Shown one piece after another: positions 1 through 7,165 of a DNA stretch of 32,200 bases. Under the pieces are notes generated by a model. It saw only the letters and a list, made by a program, of their open reading frames with translations. It was not told where the DNA came from and did not search any database. How positions within the stretch are numbered: position 1 is the stretch's first letter; each line of letters begins with the position of its first letter. The translations under genes were made by a program, and so were the position numbers. The stretch covers positions 866 to 33,065 of the forward strand of contig QHXD01000004.1 in assembly GCA_003223895.1 (NCBI GenBank). Direction: 5' to 3'. Source of the stretch: Acidobacteriota bacterium. GTDB lineage: Bacteria; Acidobacteriota; Terriglobia; 20CM-2-55-15.

Positions 1-252
1 CCGGGAATCAAATCCCTGGAATTGAAGTCGATCGTCGGCGGAGGGTCCGCACCCGAGATCGACGTACCTTCCTGGGGCGTTACCCTGAATTTTCCGAACC
101 TATCCGATACGGAGCTGGAAAGACGGCTGCGCAGTTCCAATCCGCCCGTCATCGCAAGAATTGAAAACGGGCGCGTAATTCTGGATTTTCGGACCATCTT
201 CCCAGGCGAAGAAGACACGCTCCTGGAGATACTCCGAAAAGTGGGCTCGTAG
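1..252 (+). CDS. selA: L-seryl-tRNA(Sec) selenium transferase, C-terminal fragment (5' end lies outside the window)
   Basis: Frame 1 is open from nt 1 to TAG 250-252. The TTG at 22 in the ORF track is only the first in-window start. The tail ...PSWGVTLNF...PPVIARIENGRVILDFRTIFPGEEDTLLEIL resembles the conserved SelA C-terminus from memory; no search was run. Confidence 0.6.
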   Translation, partial: PGIKSLELKSIVGGGSAPEIDVPSWGVTLNFPNLSDTELERRLRSSNPPVIARIENGRVILDFRTIFPGEEDTLLEILRKVGS

Positions 253-294
253 CGAACGCGGGCTAAAGCCCGCGTTCGCTACGAGCCCATTTTT
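243..294. terminator. Bidirectional intrinsic terminator between convergent selA and the 297-2210 gene
   Basis: Perfect 21-bp stem GGGCTCGTAGCGAACGCGGGC (243-263) / GCCCGCGTTCGCTACGAGCCC (268-288) with a TAAA loop. A T5 run follows at 290-294 on the + strand. An A4 run at 237-240 gives a T-run for the - strand transcript. Confidence 0.7.
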
Positions 295-296
295 GC

Positions 297-2210
297 TTAC
301 CGTCCGGTGCGTCCCACAGAACCCGCAAGCTTGTACGGATATCCCGGTGGGCCGTTCTGATAGTACGCGCCGAGCGTTTCGATCTTATCCATATCGGGAT
401 ACAGCACTCCGATAGCGGGTGCGTTCACGCTTCCTCGTGGTGAGTACCAGATCGCCCCGTCTCTGGTGATCTGTATCTTTGGCGTGTCCGCCGGCTTCTG
501 CGGCTTCGGGTAGAGCGTAAAGGTTGCGTCTTTGGGATTGAACTTCCACAACGCCGCGGCGCTGCCGCCGACATCGGCGCTCCAGATGTTGCCATCAGGG
601 TCCTGAGCCACGTCGTACGGGCTGGCGTTCTGCCGCGGTACTGTCCACTCGGTGATCCTGCCGGTTGTTTGATCCAGCTTCGCCAGCTTGCCGGGACGCT
701 TTCCGGCGGCCCAGATGCCAAACCAGATATTGTTTTGAGCATCCACATTCAATCGTCGAACCTGCGCCGGATACGTCAGTGGCGCAAAGATCGTCCAACC
801 GTTGTTGTGAGTGTCGAACTTCGCAATATTCCCCGAATCCCAGAGAGCCATCCAAATGTTATCGTTTCTGTCTGGGATAACGCCGTACACGATGGCGTTC
901 GGCTGCGGAACGGTAAACACCGACACTTTCTTTGTCTCCCGGTCATATTTGCTGAGCGCTCCCCCCATGATCCAGCCGACATAGATGTTGCTCTTTGAAT
1001 CGAAGGCAATCGACTGCAGCCACTTGATGGGATTTCTGACGACGTTGTCCGGATCCATGGGAATCATTTGCTCGAACTTTTCGGTCTTCGGATTGAATTG
1101 GAGCAGACGCTTCACGTTCGATGGCTGCACGCCCGAATGTTCCGCGAGCCAGATCATGCCGGTCGGATCGATGTTGACTTCGTGGATGCCGTTCTTCGGA
1201 TCCGGCAGCAGGTAGTCTTTCTGTACTCCGGTACGCGGGTCCAGCTTCACCAGACGATGAGGATAGCCGCGATCGGTCAGCCACACATTGCCGTCTGCGT
1301 CGAAACGCACATCCTGGCCGGCGCGCCTGCCCACAAACCCGGCTTGCAGCTTGTTGTATTCCGGCGAATTCGTGCCCTGGCCCGGAGGATCCGGCGGCAG
1401 GTAATACTCGATGTACATGGCCTTGCCAAGCTTTGCCTCATCGAACGGCATTTCCTGATCGATCCGGACTGCCCGAGGTTTGGCATCCGGCCCGAAGTTC
1501 TTCACCATATACGCCAGCAAGTCTTCGCGGTCTTGCCGTGAGAACCTTAAGGCCGAGGCTCGATAGTTGAGGAGGCCCTCGGCGTACGAGGCTGCCGCAC
1601 GATCCCAGTTCGCCTTGCCCATCATGCGGTCTAGACGAGCAGTCCACACTCCGAGGTTTCCAGGCCTCCCGGGCAGAAAGTTTTCGCCATGGCAGATGAT
1701 GCAGGTCCTCTCGGCCACGTCCCGTCCGGGTCCTGGCGGATAGACCTCGTCGTAGCTCTGCTCGATGGTGACCGTCGAATTTGATTCGGTGTTTGTCTCG
1801 AGGGCGTTGACAATCGTGCGCGCCGACGCGCCGCTAATGGCGTGGAGCGACAGCTTCAGCTTCGGGTTTTCCCCGGCTTTCAACGTCAGCTTCTGAACGT
1901 CCGACTCCAGGCCTTTTGTGCTGGCATTGACTTCATAGTTTCCGGGAAACATGGTTACAGCCCGGAACTGGCCGCCGTTGGTGTACACCATGTAAAGGAT
2001 GTGCTTGTCGACGTTGCGGATGAAGACCTGCGCGGCCTTGACCGGCGCGGTCGCATCGACCGTTCCCGTAAGGCTCGCCGTCCCCGCAATTGCGGTCTGC
2101 GCCGGGGCTGGGCTCGCGGCAGCCCATCCTCCGAACACAACGTATGCGACGCCAAGACTGCCCATCAACGCGATGATCAGTAATGGCCTAACCATCTTCC
2201 AATTGCCCAT
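297..2210 (-). CDS. Secreted multidomain protein: signal/anchor, carboxypeptidase-regulatory-like beta-sandwich, mono-heme c-type cytochrome motif, C-terminal beta-propeller (Vgb-lyase/NHL-like repeats)
   Basis: 637-aa ORF; ATG 2210 is preceded by GGAGG with a 7-nt spacer. Hydrophobic N-terminus (LLIIALMGSLGVAYVVFGGWAAA). A single CxxCH motif (CIICHG). Repeated ...DGNVW/GMIW/NNIW/GNIW/GAIW... blades typical of 6-7 bladed propellers. Domain names are from memory of the families. Confidence 0.75.
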   Translation of the reverse strand: MGNWKMVRPLLIIALMGSLGVAYVVFGGWAAASPAPAQTAIAGTASLTGTVDATAPVKAAQVFIRNVDKHILYMVYTNGGQFRAVTMFPGNYEVNASTKGLESDVQKLTLKAGENPKLKLSLHAISGASARTIVNALETNTESNSTVTIEQSYDEVYPPGPGRDVAERTCIICHGENFLPGRPGNLGVWTARLDRMMGKANWDRAAASYAEGLLNYRASALRFSRQDREDLLAYMVKNFGPDAKPRAVRIDQEMPFDEAKLGKAMYIEYYLPPDPPGQGTNSPEYNKLQAGFVGRRAGQDVRFDADGNVWLTDRGYPHRLVKLDPRTGVQKDYLLPDPKNGIHEVNIDPTGMIWLAEHSGVQPSNVKRLLQFNPKTEKFEQMIPMDPDNVVRNPIKWLQSIAFDSKSNIYVGWIMGGALSKYDRETKKVSVFTVPQPNAIVYGVIPDRNDNIWMALWDSGNIAKFDTHNNGWTIFAPLTYPAQVRRLNVDAQNNIWFGIWAAGKRPGKLAKLDQTTGRITEWTVPRQNASPYDVAQDPDGNIWSADVGGSAAALWKFNPKDATFTLYPKPQKPADTPKIQITRDGAIWYSPRGSVNAPAIGVLYPDMDKIETLGAYYQNGPPGYPYKLAGSVGRTGR

Positions 2211-2307
2211 TGTCGTACCTCCCCGAGATACGTAAATTGACGATTTTTCAGACTATTTCTCTGTCCCTGCATTTTCATCGAGAGCAGGTTTTCGAACAAC
2301 AAACTTT

Positions 2308-2442
2308 TTAGCGTGAGCCTCTGCGGGCATGCCTCGCCCAAAGGGCCGCCAGAATTACGAGAGGAATCAGAAACCAGAGGGCTTCCAACGAACCGTTACC
2401 GCCGTCGGGAGACACCCCGAAAATTCGTTCGATGAAATCCAT
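2308..2442 (-). CDS. Small (44 aa) predicted membrane peptide, MDFIERIFGVSPDGGNGSLEALWFLIPLVILAALWARHARRGSR
   Basis: Not in the ORF track because it is under 60 aa. ATG at 2442-2440 is preceded by GGAGG (TTTGGAGGCGCGCCATG); TAA at 2310-2308. The polar N-terminus (F-G-hS-PDGG-GS-E), one TM helix and a basic tail match a widespread small-protein pattern I recall from many genomes; not verified. Confidence 0.5.
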   Translation of the reverse strand: MDFIERIFGVSPDGGNGSLEALWFLIPLVILAALWARHARRGSR

Positions 2443-2552
2443 GGCGCGCCTCCAAAAATTTGGCAGGTCTGATGACCGTCAAACTATAGTCCGCCTCTGG
2501 TTATTCCGCCACTTTCGATTGATTGGTGAAATCCTACGAGCGGTGTATCTGT

Positions 2553-2573
2553 AGGCGCCGGCTTTAGCCGGCG
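2553..2573. repeat. GC-rich TTTA-loop hairpin; 21-nt exact repeat of 27875-27895
   Basis: AGGCGCCGGCTTTAGCCGGCG is identical at 2553-2573 and 27875-27895. It contains the stem CGCCGGC / GCCGGCG around a TTTA loop. Confidence 0.7.
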
Positions 2574-2585
2574 TGATTTCGACGA

Positions 2586-2618
2586 GAGGGCGGATCTGCT
2601 GATTGCAGATCCGCCCTC
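2586..2618 (-). terminator. Stem-loop downstream of efp (putative terminator, no U-tract)
   Basis: 14-bp perfect stem GAGGGCGGATCTGC (2586-2599) / GCAGATCCGCCCTC (2605-2618) with a 5-nt loop, 20 nt past the efp stop. There is no T-run on either strand, so terminator function is assumed from position only. Confidence 0.4.
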
Positions 2619-2638
2619 CGCAGGGAAGAGGGTATGGC

Positions 2639-3202
2639 TTAACTACGAACGCGCTCGACGTACTTTCCTTCCGTCGTGTCGACCCGTATGACTTCGCCTT
2701 CTTGAATGAAGTGGGGAACGCCGACCACGAGTCCCGTTTCCAGCGTTGCCGGTTTCAATACGTTGCTGACTGTTGCAGATGGCATACCTGGATCGGTTTG
2801 AACCACCTTGAGATCGATGGTGGCGGGCAATTCAATACCGAGTGGTTTTCCTTCGTAGAACTCGACTTTGATCTTCGAATTCGGCACAAGGTAGCTGGTT
2901 GCGTCGCCGAGAACGTCTTCGTTGAGGTGCGTCTGTTCGTAGTTCTCGGTATCCATGAAGTAATAATCGGTGCCGTCCTTATAAAGGTATTCCATCTCGC
3001 GCTCGTCCAGAATTGCACGGTCGACGCGGTCTTCCGACCGGAACCGGTGATCGATAATGGAACCTGTGCTGAGCTTGCGCAGCTTCGTCTGCACCATTCC
3101 CCGCCAGTTTCCCGGCGTTATGTGCTGGTAGTCCACCACCTGATAAAGTTCGCCATTGAGCAGGATCGTGTTTCCCCGCCGTAGTTGTGTTGCTTGAATC
3201 AT
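2639..3202 (-). CDS. efp: Translation elongation factor P (187 aa)
   Basis: The ORF-track entry 2639..3379 is trimmed to ATG 3202, preceded by AGGAG (CAACAGGAGTCTTTCTGTAATG). Full-length collinearity with EF-P: ...[15 protein letters not shown]...KLRKL..., ...YLYKDG..YYFMD..YEQ..., ...[34 protein letters not shown]. Confidence 0.9.
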   Translation of the reverse strand: MIQATQLRRGNTILLNGELYQVVDYQHITPGNWRGMVQTKLRKLSTGSIIDHRFRSEDRVDRAILDEREMEYLYKDGTDYYFMDTENYEQTHLNEDVLGDATSYLVPNSKIKVEFYEGKPLGIELPATIDLKVVQTDPGMPSATVSNVLKPATLETGLVVGVPHFIQEGEVIRVDTTEGKYVERVRS

Positions 3203-3298
3203 TACAGAAAGACTCCTGTTGTTTACTGGAAACGACGATTGTATCCCAGTCGCCACCCGCGCGGAAAGGGCCTGCCAGAAAGTTCTGTCTAATTTTCC

Positions 3299-3323
3299 AG
3301 CACCTGTGCTATAAAACCAGGCA
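3299..3323 (+). promoter_or_regulatory. Candidate extended -10 promoter and operator dyad for the blaI-like gene; mRNA would be (near) leaderless
   Basis: TGc-TATAAA at 3307-3315 ends 8 nt before ATG 3324, and no Shine-Dalgarno is present. The dyad AGCAC-CT-GTGCT (3299-3310) overlaps the -10 box. Sequence pattern only. Confidence 0.3.
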
Positions 3324-3713
3324 ATGCCGAAGTCGCCACATTCCGTTCTCAGCCGCCGCGAGAGGCAAATCATGGACATCGTTTATCGCGTCGGCCGTGC
3401 GACCGTCGGTGAGGTCATGGCCGAGCTCTCGGGGGAGCCCGCCTATTCCACCGTTCGAGCGCAGCTCCGTGTTCTCGAGGAGAAAGGCCAGCTTCGCCAC
3501 GAGGAGCACGGTCTCCGCTATGTATACATTCCTGCGATTCCCCGCCACACGGTCCGGCAATCCGCACTGAAGCACCTGGTCGATACATTCTTCGAAGGCT
3601 CCGCTGAAAAGGTCGTGGCGGCGTTGCTCGGAAGGGAAAGTTCCAGAATCTCAGAAGAGGAATTGGAGCGGATGGCGCAATTAATCGAGAAAGCGAGGAA
3701 GGAGCGTAAATGA
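3324..3713 (+). CDS. BlaI/MecI/CopY-family winged-helix transcriptional repressor
   Basis: 129 aa. The N-terminal L-S-xRE-QIMDIV...ATVGEV...YSTV...L..LEEKG motif is typical of the Penicillinase_R family. The stop overlaps the next ATG (ATGA at 3710-3713), the usual pairing with a BlaR1-like gene. Confidence 0.85.
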   Translation: MPKSPHSVLSRRERQIMDIVYRVGRATVGEVMAELSGEPAYSTVRAQLRVLEEKGQLRHEEHGLRYVYIPAIPRHTVRQSALKHLVDTFFEGSAEKVVAALLGRESSRISEEELERMAQLIEKARKERK

Positions 3714-5344
3714 TCAAAGCTTCGCTAATCCTCGCCGCCGCTTTTTGCATTGCCAGGCTCTTCTGCGGGCGTTCTGCGGCCGAACGCCACATCCTCTGGG
3801 CAGCTGCGATCGGCTCAGCCGCGCTTCTGCCCCTGCTGGCTTCGTTCCTACCTCCATGGCAGCCTGAACTCGTGAGCAGAGTCGCTGCGGTGCTGCCGGC
3901 GATATCCCGGAACGCCGTGCCGCAGGTGTCGACGTTCGGTACCGAGGTCGTCGTACATGCAGAGGGAATCCCGCCCGCCCGATCGCTGGCCTACCTGTTG
4001 TCAGCCATATGGTTTGCAGGCGCCATTATCTCCACCACGCTCCTCATCGCCGCAATTTTCAGGTTGAAACGCTTTGCCGCACGGGCGCAATGCGCGCCGG
4101 ATCCGAGGTGGACAAGAGTTGCCACGGATTTGTCCCGCGCCCTCGGGCTCAAACGAGCAGTTCGTGTTCTGGAAAGCCGCCAGGCCTCGATGCCGGTAAC
4201 GTGGGGCTTTCTCCGTCCCCAGGTACTCTTACCCGCTTCCGCTGCGGAGTGGTCCGACGAGCGGCTGCGCGTGGTACTCGCGCATGAATTGGCGCACGTA
4301 TATCGATTCGACTGGCTCGTTCAGCTTCTGGCAGAAATTGTACGTGCCGTTTACTGGTTCAATCCGCTGTTCTGGATCGCTTCCAGCCGGCTGCATCGGG
4401 AGAGCGAGCGGGCCTGTGACGATGCCGTCGTCAATCTCGGTGTAGATGGCAGGGACTATGCCACCCATCTCCTGGAACTTGCACGCGTGCTGAGAGCTTC
4501 CGACAGGCGATGGTTGCCTGCCTTGGCTATGGCCCGCCAGCCCGATCTTGAAAGGAGGGTTGTCGCCATTGTGGACTCCACCATGAACCGGCGAACGGTC
4601 ACGCGTAGAAGGATATTTGCAGTAATGATCGCCGCATTTTGCCTGGTGGTTCCGCTCGCCGCCATGCGCGCGACCGCGAGACAAGCGGTTCCCACAGTCC
4701 AGCGCATACGGATTGGTGAGTTGCCTTCCGTATCCGAGGGGCCTGTATCTATGCAAACCCCGCCGGAAGTAGTGGTTTACAGCACGCCTCCTTTGTACAG
4801 CGATGAGGCGCGCAGACGTGGCATAGAGGGAGTTGTTACGGCCGAAGTGCACGTGGATGCGAAGGGCAAGGTCAGCGGTTTGCGAGTTGTGAAGGGGCTT
4901 GGCTTTGGCCTCGATCAGAATGCGTTGTTGGCGGTCCGGGATTGGCAATTTGTCGCCGGCAAACGAAACGGCAGTCCTGTGGAAATGACGACCCGGGTCG
5001 ACGTCGAATTCAATCTTCGAAACGAAGAACTCAACGAGATTATCGCGAACGATATGGCACACCGGGTCGGGCCGGACGTGTCTCCTCCGAGAATCATCTA
5101 TCGCGTAGAACCGGAATACTCGGAGAGCGCGAAGGCAGAGCAAATCACAGATACTGTTGTGCTGGATCTCATGATCCGGGAGGACGGGGTGCCTAATGTT
5201 CTGCGAGTCGTCCGGTCACTGCGTTCGGATCTGGATGAAAATGCCATCAACGCGCTCGAACAATGGAGACTGAGCCCGGCGATGAAGGACGGTATGCCCG
5301 TGAAAGTGCGGGTAAACGTGGAAGTGCATTTCAACCTTAAATGA
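3710..5344 (+). CDS. BlaR1-like M56 membrane metalloprotease/sensor fused to two TonB C-terminal domains
   Basis: 544 aa. N-terminal TM helices and the HExxH motif (HELAHV) with downstream ...ERACDD... as in peptidase M56. The C-terminal half has two copies of the TonB_C pattern (PxYxxxAxxxxIEGxVxxxxxVdxxGxV...). AGGAAGGAG precedes the ATG. Confidence 0.85.
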   Translation: MIKASLILAAAFCIARLFCGRSAAERHILWAAAIGSAALLPLLASFLPPWQPELVSRVAAVLPAISRNAVPQVSTFGTEVVVHAEGIPPARSLAYLLSAIWFAGAIISTTLLIAAIFRLKRFAARAQCAPDPRWTRVATDLSRALGLKRAVRVLESRQASMPVTWGFLRPQVLLPASAAEWSDERLRVVLAHELAHVYRFDWLVQLLAEIVRAVYWFNPLFWIASSRLHRESERACDDAVVNLGVDGRDYATHLLELARVLRASDRRWLPALAMARQPDLERRVVAIVDSTMNRRTVTRRRIFAVMIAAFCLVVPLAAMRATARQAVPTVQRIRIGELPSVSEGPVSMQTPPEVVVYSTPPLYSDEARRRGIEGVVTAEVHVDAKGKVSGLRVVKGLGFGLDQNALLAVRDWQFVAGKRNGSPVEMTTRVDVEFNLRNEELNEIIANDMAHRVGPDVSPPRIIYRVEPEYSESAKAEQITDTVVLDLMIREDGVPNVLRVVRSLRSDLDENAINALEQWRLSPAMKDGMPVKVRVNVEVHFNLK

Positions 5345-5380
5345 GTGGCATTAAACACGGAGATACAAAGGCACAAAGAA

Positions 5381-5908
5381 ATGACGCATAAGCTATCGCG
5401 CCGCGCTTTCCTGGCTGCGGCGACTTCAGGATTGGCTGCATCGACCGGCCGGCCCGATGAAGTAACGATCGTCGAATTTTCGGATTCAGGTGTGCGGCAA
5501 AAAAGCGTTCGGGTGTCCAGGATTGTGAAAAGTGAAAGCGAATGGAAAAAACAACTTCCTCGCGACGCGTTCGAGATTACTCGGCATGCAGATACGGAGC
5601 GCGCCTTCACAGGCCGGTATTGGAATCTGCATGAGAAGGGGATCTATCGCTGCGTCTGCTGTGATACGGCGCTTTTCTCTGCGGAAACGAAGTATGATTC
5701 CGGTACCGGCTGGCCCAGTTTCTGGCAGCCCATTGCGAAGGAAAACATCGAGACTGCCGAAGACCGCAGTTTCGGTATGGTGCGCACGTCCGTTTCGTGC
5801 CGCAGATGTGAAGCTCATCTGGGGCATGTGTTCGACGACGGTCCAAAACCGACGGGCTTGCGCTATTGCATGAACTCGGCTTCTTTGCGTTTCGTGAGGT
5901 TGGTATGA
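5381..5908 (+). CDS. msrB: Peptide-methionine (R)-S-oxide reductase MsrB with twin-arginine (Tat) signal peptide
   Basis: SelR/MsrB core: ...GIYRCVCCDTALF...KYDSGTGWPSF...RCEAHLGHVFDDGP.PTGLRYCMNS. The N-terminus MTHKLSRRAFLAAATSGLAAS carries an S-R-R-x-F-L Tat motif. ATG 5381 is preferred over the in-frame GTG 5345 that abuts the upstream stop; the start is uncertain. Confidence 0.85.
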   Translation: MTHKLSRRAFLAAATSGLAASTGRPDEVTIVEFSDSGVRQKSVRVSRIVKSESEWKKQLPRDAFEITRHADTERAFTGRYWNLHEKGIYRCVCCDTALFSAETKYDSGTGWPSFWQPIAKENIETAEDRSFGMVRTSVSCRRCEAHLGHVFDDGPKPTGLRYCMNSASLRFVRLV

Positions 5909-6582
5909 CTTTATTTCACCATTTGTTTCACAGGGCGTTTTTCATGATGTTCTGCTGCTTTGTGATAGCGGCGTGTACGGGTTTGACTGCGGCGGAATCT
6001 TTGCCGAATCCGGCTGTGGACGAACCTCTGGCTACCGCAAAGACCGAGCAAACGGCCGTATTCGCGGGTGGCTGTTTCTGGGGAGTCGAGGCCGTGTTTG
6101 AGCACGTCAAAGGAGTCAAAGACGTCGTGTCCGGGTACTCGGGCGGTTCGGCGGAAACAGCTCAGTACGATACAGTCAGCAGCGGTACGACCGGACACGC
6201 CGAATCCGTACGGATTACCTACGACCCGTCGCAGGTTTCGTACGGTCAACTTCTCAAAGTCTTCTTCTCCGTGGCGCATGATCCTACTGAATTGAACCGG
6301 CAGGGACCGGATGTGGGCACGCAGTATCGATCCGCGATTTTCGTCGCCAACGACCTGCAGAAACGCATCGCGCAGGCCTACATTGATCAGGTCAATCAGG
6401 CCAAAGTCTTCAGGCGTACGATTGTGACCCAGGTCAGCCCTTTGAAGGCTTTTTACAAGGCGGAGGCCTACCATCAGGATTATCTTGTCCATCATCCGAC
6501 TCAGCCGTACATCGTGATCAACGATCTGCCGAAGGTGGATAACCTTCGCAAGCAATTCCCGGAAATGTACGTGAAGAAATAG
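5905..6582 (+). CDS. msrA: Peptide-methionine (S)-S-oxide reductase MsrA with probable lipoprotein signal peptide
   Basis: Core GGCFWGVEAVF...GYSGG...Y..V..G.TGHAE.V.I.YDP..VSY..LL..FF..HDPT..NRQG.D.G.QYRS. ATG 5905 overlaps the msrB stop (ATGA). The N-terminus ...FCCFVIAAC has a lipobox-like I-A-A-C. Confidence 0.9.
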   Translation: MTLFHHLFHRAFFMMFCCFVIAACTGLTAAESLPNPAVDEPLATAKTEQTAVFAGGCFWGVEAVFEHVKGVKDVVSGYSGGSAETAQYDTVSSGTTGHAESVRITYDPSQVSYGQLLKVFFSVAHDPTELNRQGPDVGTQYRSAIFVANDLQKRIAQAYIDQVNQAKVFRRTIVTQVSPLKAFYKAEAYHQDYLVHHPTQPYIVINDLPKVDNLRKQFPEMYVKK

Positions 6583-6586
6583 AGGT

Positions 6587-7165
6587 ATGAAGAAACTCCA
6601 GTCCAGGCATGCGCTGGCGATTCGGTGTTTTCACTGGATCAACTTTGCGGTCCTGGCGGTGATGATCTGGAGCGGCCTTCTGATTTACTGGGCCAATGAC
6701 GTGTATCGGATCGGCATCGGCCGGTTCACGCTGTTCAAATTCTTTCCGGAGTCGTTCTATTCCACCTTTAACATCGGCTTTCGCCTGGCCGAAGGAATGT
6801 CGTGGCATTTCACCTTCATGTGGCTCTTCGCCATTAACGGTTTCCTGTACATCTCATACACGATTTTCTCCAGAGACTGGCGATATGGCGGCATTCAACA
6901 ATTCGCATACCTCACCATCATTTTCATGGGCGCCGGGTCGCTTCTTACAGGCCTGGCGGTCTACAAACCGACTCAGCTTGCATGGCTGACCTCCCTGTTG
7001 GGTGGCTATCAGTTCGCCCGTTTCGAACATTTCTGGCTCACGGTTGGATACGCCCTCTTCTTTTGCGTTCACATCGTGCAGGTCACGAGGGCTGGTTGGA
7101 ACAACTTCCGGAGCATGATCACCGGATACGAACTGGTCGAAGTGGAGAAACCATCCGGTGACTGA
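6587..7165 (+). CDS. Membrane di-heme cytochrome b-type subunit (cytochrome b561 / PhsC / Ni-hydrogenase cyt b-like)
   Basis: 192 aa with about 4 predicted TM helices. Conserved His residues lie at helix ends (CFHWINF, SWHFTF, FEHFW, CVHIVQ). AGAGG precedes the ATG. The gene overlaps the downstream Mo-oxidoreductase by 8 nt. Family assignment is by pattern and context. Confidence 0.65.
   Translation: MKKLQSRHALAIRCFHWINFAVLAVMIWSGLLIYWANDVYRIGIGRFTLFKFFPESFYSTFNIGFRLAEGMSWHFTFMWLFAINGFLYISYTIFSRDWRYGGIQQFAYLTIIFMGAGSLLTGLAVYKPTQLAWLTSLLGGYQFARFEHFWLTVGYALFFCVHIVQVTRAGWNNFRSMITGYELVEVEKPSGD

Noticed and set aside
3203-3379. N-terminal extensions offered by the ORF track: efp to 3379, GT2 to 10861, aminopeptidase to 9341, mscL to 26656, leuS from 23593, msrA from 5866.
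   Set aside because: The extensions have no counterpart in the respective protein families and often overlap the upstream gene or the divergent promoter. Internal ATGs give canonical N-termini and have SDs or ATGA/TGATG coupling overlaps.
4229-5143. 304-aa minus-strand ORF inside the blaR1-like gene. The same applies to similar antisense or off-frame ORFs at 2603-3184, 5911-6555, 9393-10085, 9866-10612, 12138-12842, 13767-14435, 23776-24672, 25168-25626 and 28228-29214.
   Set aside because: Each is embedded in a gene with clear family motifs on the other strand or frame. None has an SD-preceded start or recognisable domains. They are treated as shadow ORFs.
5381-6582. Selenoprotein forms of MsrB/MsrA, or any in-frame TGA plus SECIS, given that selA is present in the window.
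   Set aside because: Both catalytic residues are encoded as Cys (RYCMNS in MsrB, GGCFWG in MsrA). Neither these nor the other ORFs are interrupted by an in-frame TGA that would join two family-consistent halves.
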